This document shows positions 38,243-46,118 of a stretch of 64,000 bases of DNA, piece by piece; position 1 is the first letter of the stretch, and every line of letters starts with the position of its first letter. A model generated the notes under the pieces. The model ran no database searches, was not told the DNA's origin, and saw nothing but the letters and a program-made list of their open reading frames with translations. Location: contig JBDHZC010000002.1 of assembly GCA_039811685.1 (NCBI GenBank), forward strand, positions 416,001 through 480,000, in the 5' to 3' direction. Origin of the DNA: Armatimonadota bacterium (GTDB taxonomy: Bacteria > Armatimonadota > UBA5829 > DSUL01). The position numbers were made by a program, and so were the translations under genes.

Positions 38243-39661
38243 CTAGCGCATCGCCTGAACCTTGCCGCTGGACACAGACGCCAGCTTCTGCTTCAGCACC
38301 GCCACAGCCTTTTGCATCTGCGGGTCGTACTTCAGGCGATCGGTATTCTCATCCGCGTCTTCCGGCGGATCCTCAAGGGCTTTTACCTCGATATCCGGAT
38401 GAATGCCACCCTTCTTCGTGATTCTGTCCTTGTGGATGTCGTGCCCATCCGGCGTCAGGTACTTGGCAGTGGTGATGCGCACGGCACTGTCGCCAGGCAG
38501 CGGTACAATAGTCTGCACGCGGCCCTTGCCAAAGGTCGTCGTGCCGATAAGCGTTCCCGAGTGCGTATCTTTGATGGCGCCGGCCACGATCTCGGAGGCG
38601 CTTGCGCTCATCTCATTGACCAGCACCACCAGTGGATATTGTTTGTGGTCCTGCCGGGTCGGGTCCACCTCCAGCTTGCTTGTCTGCCCGCCGCGTTCCT
38701 TGATGATGACAACCGGGCCACCTTTTGGAATGAAGCGGCTGCCAATCTCAACAGCGGACTCAAGCAGACCGCCGGGGTTGTCCCGCAGATCCAGAATCAG
38801 CGCCTTCATCTTGTGATTCTCAAGGTCCGTCAGCGCCTGATCCATCTGCTCATCCGCCTTACTGTTGAACTGGCGCAAAAGCAGCCAACCAATGCCGTCC
38901 TGCTTGTCCACCATCTCATGCTCAACCATGCGGTACTCGACAACCTGACGCTTGATGCTGAAGTTGAGCGGCTTCAACTCTTTGCCACGGGCGATGACCA
39001 GCGATACTCTTGTATTCTCCGGGCCGCGTATCATCTTGACGACTTCGTCAATGTCCTTGCCGCCCACCGACTGCCCGTCAACCTTGAGAATGACATCTCC
39101 CTTCTTGATGCCGGCTTTGATGGCCGGGCAACCCGGCAGGGGCTCCTTCACAAACACCTGACCCTGTTTGTTGGTCCAGAGCTGAGCGCCGATTCCGACG
39201 AAGTTGCCATCGTTTTCCTCGCGCATCTTCTTGTAGTCGCTCGGGTCCAGAAAGCCCGTGAACGGATCGTCCAGCGCGGCCAGAACACCTCGCACAGCCA
39301 TATACGTCAACTGCTTGCGGTCCAGGGACGGCTGCTGCACCGCCTTGTCACCGGCGAGGCTGTTGGTCGGAGTTTTCACGACCATCGTCGCAAGCGTACT
39401 GGCTGGCGGATAGAAGCGGTCGATGATGGTGCTCATCACCTCCTGGTACGTCTCCCGCACGCGCAGCTTGTCCTCCACGGGTTTGGGCTGCTCCATCAGC
39501 ATCTGCATCCGGTCGGGAATGGCAAGAAGCGCTGTCCTGACACCGGCCGGATTCCAGCCTGAAGCCCGGACGTCGCGCCAGCTAAAGCCGACGACGAAGA
39601 ACACCAGGCCGAGCATCAGCATCTGCACGACTGTAGTTAGAAAGGGTCTGCGCTGGTTCAA
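38243..39661 (-). CDS. ctpA: S41A carboxyl-terminal processing protease (catalytically intact)
   Basis: PDZ with GIGA loop, DLRDNPGG, SASASE (catalytic Ser), TFGKG (catalytic Lys). Confidence 0.93.
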   Translation of the reverse strand: MNQRRPFLTTVVQMLMLGLVFFVVGFSWRDVRASGWNPAGVRTALLAIPDRMQMLMEQPKPVEDKLRVRETYQEVMSTIIDRFYPPASTLATMVVKTPTNSLAGDKAVQQPSLDRKQLTYMAVRGVLAALDDPFTGFLDPSDYKKMREENDGNFVGIGAQLWTNKQGQVFVKEPLPGCPAIKAGIKKGDVILKVDGQSVGGKDIDEVVKMIRGPENTRVSLVIARGKELKPLNFSIKRQVVEYRMVEHEMVDKQDGIGWLLLRQFNSKADEQMDQALTDLENHKMKALILDLRDNPGGLLESAVEIGSRFIPKGGPVVIIKERGGQTSKLEVDPTRQDHKQYPLVVLVNEMSASASEIVAGAIKDTHSGTLIGTTTFGKGRVQTIVPLPGDSAVRITTAKYLTPDGHDIHKDRITKKGGIHPDIEVKALEDPPEDADENTDRLKYDPQMQKAVAVLKQKLASVSSGKVQAMR

Positions 39662-41082
39662 CTTCGTGAGTCCTTATCCGCCGTTGCACCCGGGATGGTC
39701 AGAAGAGCAGCCTCCGCGGCCGGACGCCGCGCGACCGCCAGAGCGCGTTCAAGCTGCGTATCACCAGCCTGTCCAACGCGGGAAGCCGCCATTGGCACAA
39801 TCGCATCCGGTTTCACGCCAACTTTGTTGAAATCCCGCTTGCTGGGTGACACAATCTTTCCAGTGGTAAGAATATAGCCGGAGCCGTCTTCCAACCTGAA
39901 AGCCGTGCGCTCAAATCCGTTGCCCCACGTCGTGTCTCCAATGAGCTTCATGCCCGCTGCCTCTCGAAGACCGGCCGCCAGAACCTCAGAAGTCCCTTCA
40001 GTGCCGAGATTCACCAGTCCCACGAGACGGACTTTGCCAACCGGGTTGCCCCGCCCGTTCAGAGCGTCCACACGTCCACGGCTGTGTAACACCTGCGCAA
40101 ACTGTCTGGGCCCGATCAGTGCGCCTGCGATTTCCTGCGACGCAACCATCTGCCCTCCGGGTGAGTTGCGCAAGTCCAGAACCACAGAGCTAGCACCCTT
40201 TCCGACAAGAGCGCTCAGCGCTTTGCGGAACTCTGCAGGCGTCTGTGGCGTCGTGAGCACAATCCGGATGTAGCCGACGCTGTTGTCCAGCATTTTGCTC
40301 TGTACGAGCTCAGGGGTGAAAACACCCGGCGTCAGCTTGATTGGCGGAAGCGCCTTTCCGTTCCTCGACACCTTGAGCTTCAACTCACCTTCTTTGGCGC
40401 TCATCAGCTTCTGCGACACCACATCGAGACTGACAGAGCGCTCCTGAAGCTCCTTGGCGGAGTCAAAGGCGTGCTTCTTCTGCTGATAGGTTGCTTTGTA
40501 GTCTTTAGACAGCTTGTAGACGTCGCTGAACGGGTCGTGGCTCATAATCCACTTGTCGTCCACTTCTTCAATGACGTCCCCCGGTTGCAGGCCCGCGCGC
40601 TCCGCCGGTGACCCCGGCAGCGCAGCGACGACAGTAAGCTGCTGGTCGGTGAAGTTGGGTTCCTTGCGCTCCCGTATCTTCAGAACAGCCCCAATGCCAC
40701 TAAAGCGCCCCTGCGCCATCTCCGAAAGCGTTGTGCTGGCGTCCTTGTCCAGAAACTGAGAATTGGAGTCTCCAAGACTGGCGACCATGTACTTGACAGC
40801 GCTGTGCGCCATCTTGCTGTTGTTGTACGGGTCGATCTCATCAACATAGTAGTCCTTGACGATATTCAGGACTTTCCAGACAAGTTGAAGAGAGTCCAGA
40901 TCGTAGTCCAGCCCCATAGTGGCATCCGCCGAAGCAGACGCATACAGCGTCAAAGGTTCTACAGCCTGTGACGTGCGCGCGGCGCTGACATGCAGCGAAG
41001 AGCTGGCGAAGTTTCCAGCGCACAGCGCACCGCCTGCAATAACAGCGGCCAGCGGCCAAATGTATCTCTTGCTAAAGTTCAT
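39658..41082 (-). CDS. S41A/CtpA homologue lacking catalytic Ser and Lys (putative pseudoprotease)
   Basis: GIGA PDZ loop and DLRNSPGG retained, but SASASE is TEGTSE and FGKG is WGNG. Confidence 0.85.
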   Translation of the reverse strand: MNFSKRYIWPLAAVIAGGALCAGNFASSSLHVSAARTSQAVEPLTLYASASADATMGLDYDLDSLQLVWKVLNIVKDYYVDEIDPYNNSKMAHSAVKYMVASLGDSNSQFLDKDASTTLSEMAQGRFSGIGAVLKIRERKEPNFTDQQLTVVAALPGSPAERAGLQPGDVIEEVDDKWIMSHDPFSDVYKLSKDYKATYQQKKHAFDSAKELQERSVSLDVVSQKLMSAKEGELKLKVSRNGKALPPIKLTPGVFTPELVQSKMLDNSVGYIRIVLTTPQTPAEFRKALSALVGKGASSVVLDLRNSPGGQMVASQEIAGALIGPRQFAQVLHSRGRVDALNGRGNPVGKVRLVGLVNLGTEGTSEVLAAGLREAAGMKLIGDTTWGNGFERTAFRLEDGSGYILTTGKIVSPSKRDFNKVGVKPDAIVPMAASRVGQAGDTQLERALAVARRPAAEAALLTIPGATADKDSRS

Positions 41083-41271
41083 GAGTGGTTTTGGAAGTGA
41101 ATTGCGAACTGGCAAAGCGGGCGCATCAGGCGATCAACGGCATTCATCGGCGCCCACTGATGACTTACAGCGCCCGAGGAAACCTGAGAAGTCTGAGCAC
41201 ACCCCCCGATTGTGCCAATGTCAGCTTCTCCGCGCGAAACGGCGATAGTTTCGATACCCGGCTACGAGTGA

Positions 41272-41280
41272 ATTATACCA
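41272..41280 (-). promoter_or_regulatory. Extended -10 element (TGgTATAAT) upstream of the ctp pair
   Basis: Exact TGnTATAAT on the minus strand about 190 bp upstream of the pseudo-ctp start. Confidence 0.55.
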
Positions 41281-41433
41281 TAAGGGCTGACAATCGATAC
41301 TCTGACGCCAGCGAGCCCAAACACCGCCCTCAGCCTCCGTCGCCTTCGAAACCAGACAGCTTGCCGTATTGCTGACGGATATTAGTCTATGACGCTGTGG
41401 AGAAAGTAACAGTTCCTGAACCGAAAAATCGCC

Positions 41434-42210
41434 TCAAGCGCCACCGCCAGCCTGAGAGCCGGCCCAGTCATGCATCGTACGTTCAGACACCTGTTCATCA
41501 CTCTCCAGCCGTCCATCCCGGAAACGGAGGACTCTCTTCGCGGAGTGCGCGATCTCCTGCTCATGTGTCACCATCACGATCGTTTTGCCGGCATCATTCA
41601 ACCGCTGAAGGATGCTGATGATCTCCTGTGACGTGCGCGTATCGAGATTTCCCGTGGGCTCATCGGCGAAAATGATAGGCGGGTCGTTCACCAGCGCCCG
41701 CGCAATGGCTACCCGCTGCTGCTCACCACCGGACATTTCCGAAGGCGTGTGGCGCAGGCGGTGCCCCAACCCGACCATCTCAAGCGAGCGACGGCACGCA
41801 TCCCGCGGGCGCAGCGGCCCGCGGCTGTACACCAGTGGCAGATTGACGTTTTTCATAGCGTTCATCCGGGGCAGCAGATTGAAGCTCTGGAAAACGAAAC
41901 CGATTTTTCGGTTACGGATAGCGCACAGGCGCGAGTCGCCCAGACTGGCGACGTTTTCACCGTCCAACAGATATCGTCCGCAAGTTGGACGGTCCAGACA
42001 CCCGATCAGATTCATCAGCGTGGACTTGCCAGACCCCGAAGGTCCCATCACAGCCACAAACTCCTGCGGCCATATCTGAAGCGTCACATCCGTAAGCGCC
42101 CGTACCTCCACGCGCCCCTGCCGATAGACCCGGGAGACGCTGTCAAGATCAACCAGCGGGTGTGCAGGTGGTTCCTTCTCGTTGTGTGCGCGTGTCATTT
42201 GAGGTTTCAC
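41434..42210 (-). CDS. ABC transporter ATP-binding protein, LolD/MacB-like
   Basis: [44 protein letters not shown]. Confidence 0.93.
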   Translation of the reverse strand: MKPQMTRAHNEKEPPAHPLVDLDSVSRVYRQGRVEVRALTDVTLQIWPQEFVAVMGPSGSGKSTLMNLIGCLDRPTCGRYLLDGENVASLGDSRLCAIRNRKIGFVFQSFNLLPRMNAMKNVNLPLVYSRGPLRPRDACRRSLEMVGLGHRLRHTPSEMSGGEQQRVAIARALVNDPPIIFADEPTGNLDTRTSQEIISILQRLNDAGKTIVMVTHEQEIAHSAKRVLRFRDGRLESDEQVSERTMHDWAGSQAGGGA

Positions 42211-42369
42211 AGGTGTATTCCCGTCTGTAAAAGGTATTCACCGCAGCGCAGAGCGCTTCCTGTAATCGTGTTATCGTGGACGAAATGGCAAAGCGAAATG
42301 CGGACCAGGGCGCAGCGAATACGGGAAGCGATTCGAAACGCGGGACCACCCCTCCGGAGTGACACTTAG

Positions 42370-42413
42370 AAAAAACAAAGGGCGCAAACTCCACAGAAAA
42401 GAGTTGCGCCCCT
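42370..42413 (-). terminator. Rho-independent terminator after prsA
   Basis: Minus strand GGGCGCAACTC-loop-GAGTTTGCGCCC followed by TTTGTTTTTT. Confidence 0.75.
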
Positions 42414-42450
42414 TGAAGCCGATTGCAGAGATCCGGCAGTAGAGTAGAAA

Positions 42451-43533
42451 CTACTTCGCGCCGCTCTGGCCCCCAGCCTGCCCACCTGCGCCGGGCGCAA
42501 GCGGCGGCTGGAGGATCTGGGACTGATCCTGCGCCTTTTTCAGGTTCTCCATGTACTGTTTGAAGAACTGATCATAGCCCGGCAGCGTGATCTTCACGTC
42601 CGCGTTTTTGACCATATTCTTCATCAGGTCCTGGAGCTTCTTGTCGCCGCCAGCCTTCTGCTGAAGCAAAACAGTCCTGATGACGGTCTTGACGTGATCC
42701 AGAGGCTGCATTCTGGATGGACGCACAGACTCCGCCTTCAGAACAACCCAGTTGTTGCCTGTCTGGAACGGCGCTGAAACCTGCCCGTCCTTCAAAGCGA
42801 ACGCGTGCGTAAAAATGTCCGGCGGCACACCCTGCGGAGCCGGGTGGAATTGGTCAGGCTTAGACACCCATCCAATCTCTCCACGGCTTTTCTTGGTGTT
42901 GACATCGTCCGAGTACTTCTCAGCCGCAGTTCCAAAAGCCACGCCACTGTCAATCGCCTTCTTTGCGTCCAGAGCCTTCTGTCTGGTATCCGTAACGATT
43001 GCCGAGAGCTTGACGGACTGCGGAATGTAGAAGCGCGATCTATTGCCCTGCTGGATCGCCTCGTCGTAGGTCTTCTTGACGTCTGCGTCAGATACTTTCA
43101 CGTACTTCGCAAGGATATTGATCTGGGCGATCTCAGGTTTGAGGCGGTCTCCCAACTCCTGGGTCGTCATTCCGCTGTTCTGCAGCAAATCGTTGAGGTT
43201 GCGGTTCTGATCAGAGAGCGCGGCGTTCATCTCTTTCTGCCGCTCTTCAACCTGCTTCTCTGTCGGCTCGACGCCCTCTTTCTTTGCCAAATCCAGAACC
43301 AGCGTCTCGTTAATAAGACTTCCCAGCACAGATGTCGCCACCTGCTGCTGCATAGGTGGCGGGAACTGCACCGCTGGGTTTGTGGGGAACCTCTGGAGCC
43401 GTTTGTTGAACGTATCCTGAGATATCTTTGTGCCGTTCACCGTACCGACGCCCCTCTTACCGCAGCCGTACGAGACTGCGAGGAAAAGCGTCAATGCCGA
43501 CGCGGCTGCGTATCTCCAGAGAGATGATCGCAT
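42451..43533 (-). CDS. prsA: PrsA/SurA-like parvulin peptidyl-prolyl isomerase lipoprotein
   Basis: Lipobox-like SYGC, SurA N-domain, F..AAEKYSDD..TK..GEIGW, VSAPFQT; GAGGAG RBS before ATG at 43533. Confidence 0.82.
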   Translation of the reverse strand: MRSSLWRYAAASALTLFLAVSYGCGKRGVGTVNGTKISQDTFNKRLQRFPTNPAVQFPPPMQQQVATSVLGSLINETLVLDLAKKEGVEPTEKQVEERQKEMNAALSDQNRNLNDLLQNSGMTTQELGDRLKPEIAQINILAKYVKVSDADVKKTYDEAIQQGNRSRFYIPQSVKLSAIVTDTRQKALDAKKAIDSGVAFGTAAEKYSDDVNTKKSRGEIGWVSKPDQFHPAPQGVPPDIFTHAFALKDGQVSAPFQTGNNWVVLKAESVRPSRMQPLDHVKTVIRTVLLQQKAGGDKKLQDLMKNMVKNADVKITLPGYDQFFKQYMENLKKAQDQSQILQPPLAPGAGGQAGGQSGAK

Positions 43534-43756
43534 ACCAGTTATAACTCCTCTCTTACCGTCCATAGCCTATATCGACTCGTCGCGCTCTCGCGCGGCGGCC
43601 GACAATCTTAACAGCTCCTGTTGCACGTTATTTCGGACTTCACCGTGCGGCGATACCGGACGCACCGCTTCGCCGCCGCCCCGCAAAGACCTGTGCCCGC
43701 ACACACACTCGGAGCGATTCGCAGAGGTAAGCTCTGCAACTGACAGCAGAGTTTAC

Positions 43757-44815
43757 TCACGACTTTCGCTGCCCTGCCAGCATCAATTCTATTTCGGCAG
43801 TCTCAATCCCTGTCTTGAGGGCAATCTCATCAATGGACTGGCCTTGGGAAAAGAGACTGACAACTTCCCGGTACTTCGCGCGGCCCTGAGAGCTGATCAA
43901 CTTCGGACCCTTCTTGGACCCGCCGTTTTTCTTCGCCCTGGCCGGCTGCTCATCCGAAGCCTTCCCTTCCATACGAACAGATTGTGCCGTCAGTTCCGTT
44001 GAAGGGGAAGACTCAGGCTCGAGGCGCGCCATCCCACTCAAAGCGTTCATAGCCTGCTTCAGCGCACTCACCTCAGTAGCCATTGCGGCGACGGACTCTT
44101 CAAGAGCATTCAGCTTCTGAGCAGTCTCTCGCGTCTCAAGAGTGAGCTCGTGCGCCTGACGCACCTGTTCCCGTGAAGCCGCCACTTCCTGCTGCATCCC
44201 ACGGGCAAGCTGTGTCAACTCCGCAAGCACATCCGGGTTGACGTCTTCGGCACTGAGATCCTGCGGCTGATCCTCTGATTCATCCTCCGCCAGCAGGTCC
44301 GAAAAAGTCTTCTCCAGAGTAGCCAGCCGCTCCTCGAAACGAGTCATTTTCTCCGCGTTCTCCTCCGCGTGCGCCACTGGAGGAGCGCTTTCCAACCGGC
44401 TGGCCAAAGACTCGAGATGAGTCTGCAACTCCGCTCTCAGTCCGACTATGGCACTCTGCAGTCCCTGAGGTGTCACTGCCTGGCTGAAGGCAGACTTCAG
44501 CTCTTCCACCTCTTCAGTCAAAGCGGAAGGGTCTTGAGGACTGTCTCCCGAACTCCGAATACTTTCAATTTCTGTGAGGCGCTCGTGGAGGCGTCTGTCG
44601 CGCTCGTCCACCTGATCCCGCAGCATCTCCCCCATCTGCTCGAGATCGGCGCGCACTTCAGACATCCAGTCTTCGGTGGAAGCGCGGAAGTCGTCGTTGC
44701 TGGCAAGCACTCTAATATGGGGAATCACGCTGGTTGACAGCCAGTAGAGCAGACCGCAGGTGACAGCCAGCAGCAAAGCAGAACCCAGCAGAGCCACAAA
44801 AGCCAGATTACTCAT
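43757..44815 (-). CDS. Second SwrB/DUF6115-like membrane-anchored coiled-coil protein
   Basis: N-terminal TM, long coiled coil, C-terminal 'VVSLFSQGQSIDEIALKTGIETAEIELML'; 9 bp downstream of the second sigma28 gene. Confidence 0.65.
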   Translation of the reverse strand: MSNLAFVALLGSALLLAVTCGLLYWLSTSVIPHIRVLASNDDFRASTEDWMSEVRADLEQMGEMLRDQVDERDRRLHERLTEIESIRSSGDSPQDPSALTEEVEELKSAFSQAVTPQGLQSAIVGLRAELQTHLESLASRLESAPPVAHAEENAEKMTRFEERLATLEKTFSDLLAEDESEDQPQDLSAEDVNPDVLAELTQLARGMQQEVAASREQVRQAHELTLETRETAQKLNALEESVAAMATEVSALKQAMNALSGMARLEPESSPSTELTAQSVRMEGKASDEQPARAKKNGGSKKGPKLISSQGRAKYREVVSLFSQGQSIDEIALKTGIETAEIELMLAGQRKS

Positions 44816-44824
44816 GGTGGAAAA

Positions 44825-45598
44825 TCAGGCGGTAAACAGCGCGACGTCCCTTTGCAGATAGCCCCGCATCCGGATGACCGCCTGTGTGTGAAGCTGATAC
44901 ACTCGAGACTCCGACACACCCAGAATCTTGCCAATTTCCCGGAATGTCAGCCCCTCGTAGTAGTAAAGCGATATAACCAGTTGCTCGCGTTCGGGCAAAC
45001 GGTCTATGGAATCTCCCAGCGTGCTTTGAACAGAGCGCAGTTCAACCTCACGAACGGTATTGGCGCTGTGATCCTGAACCACGTCTGTCAGATGAATGCG
45101 CTCGGAGCCTTCGGTGGTGACGACGATATCGTCCAGCGATAGCAGCGCCGCTCTGCCGGCGTCAGCCAGCATCTTATGAAGCTGGTCGATTTCGATCTCA
45201 AGATGATCGGCAATCTCTTCGTCGGTAGCAGGGCGTCCAAGCTCCGCTTCCAGATGGAGGAATGTGCGCTCGAGCAGCTTGATCTTTTCGCGCACAGAGC
45301 GTGGAACCCAGTCCTCTTCGCGCAGCATTTCCAGGATTGCGCCGCGAATGAGCGCGATGGCGTAGGTTTCAAACTTGACGTTGCGGCCGCGGTCAAACTG
45401 GTCAATCGCCTTGACCAGACCGACGACGCCAGCGGAAACCAGGTCTTCTCTGTCCACATTTGGAGGCAGGCTGGTGACCACGCGCCCGGCTGTAATCTTC
45501 ACCAGGTACGCATAGCGCGTGATCAGTTGATCTCGCGCGCGTTGATCCCCCCAGTTCTTGAACTGATCCCAGGTCTGCTCGATTTGCGTGGAGTGCAT
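44825..45598 (-). CDS. Second FliA/WhiG family sigma factor
   Basis: GLVKAIDQFD, FETYAIALIRGAILE, DWVPRSVR, LYYYEGLTFREIGKILGVSESRVYQLH; ATG at 45598 with GAAGGGAAG upstream. Confidence 0.92.
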   Translation of the reverse strand: MHSTQIEQTWDQFKNWGDQRARDQLITRYAYLVKITAGRVVTSLPPNVDREDLVSAGVVGLVKAIDQFDRGRNVKFETYAIALIRGAILEMLREEDWVPRSVREKIKLLERTFLHLEAELGRPATDEEIADHLEIEIDQLHKMLADAGRAALLSLDDIVVTTEGSERIHLTDVVQDHSANTVREVELRSVQSTLGDSIDRLPEREQLVISLYYYEGLTFREIGKILGVSESRVYQLHTQAVIRMRGYLQRDVALFTA

Positions 45599-45712
45599 GT
45601 GCTTCCCTTCAGATGCCTTACGCAGGTGGCTTGTTTGCGACTCCGCGCCCCGGCAAGCCGGCGCAATGGTTGCGCCGCAGGTGGAGCCTTTGCGATGCGC
45701 AGAGGCCGCACT

Positions 45713-45741
45713 ATTGTAACTGAGGCCATACCCCATGTCAA
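45713..45741 (-). promoter_or_regulatory. sigma70-type promoter of the second sigma28 gene
   Basis: TTGACA-N17-TACAAT on the minus strand, about 115 bp upstream of the start codon. Confidence 0.8.
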
Positions 45742-46118
45742 TCAACCGATCCCGGGAGAACCTGACGCCACACCTGATTCCGCGCAGCCCCTGATCTGTG
45801 ACTTTGCGCGAAATAAGATGCGCCCGTTGCGCCGGGCTTTCCCGCATGTTCAAGGTGAGCTTTGTACGAATTGCCGCCCTGGCCACGAGACCAGAAGCGC
45901 ATGTTGCTCCGGCGCCGCCCATCGATCTCCGGCGCGTGCGCTTCACGGCTTCGTGCCACCGACAGCTTCAAAGCGCTAAGGGATAGGAGATCTTGCCCGG
46001 TCGTACTTCATGTTCCACCTGCGTTGTCGGCTATTCACACAGTTTTTTGTTGTTGGCGTAGCCTTTACCCTAAAGTTCTGCGCGTTTTCTCCGACAATAG
46101 AGAATCCCCTGAAGCGCG

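Noticed and set aside
38312..39562. 416-aa + strand ORF
   Set aside because: Antisense to ctpA; a typical codon-bias shadow ORF in GC-rich DNA.
39658..41082. Calling the inactive Ctp a pseudogene
   Set aside because: The ORF is intact and full length, keeps structural motifs and overlaps the start of ctpA.
42280..42360. Possible c-di-GMP-I riboswitch (GGCAAA...GAAA)
   Set aside because: No pairing stems or GACGCAAAGC core, and it is on the wrong strand for the adjacent gene.
45599..45946. 116-aa N-terminal extension of the second sigma28
   Set aside because: It spans the gene's own sigma70 promoter; homology starts at MHSTQIE.
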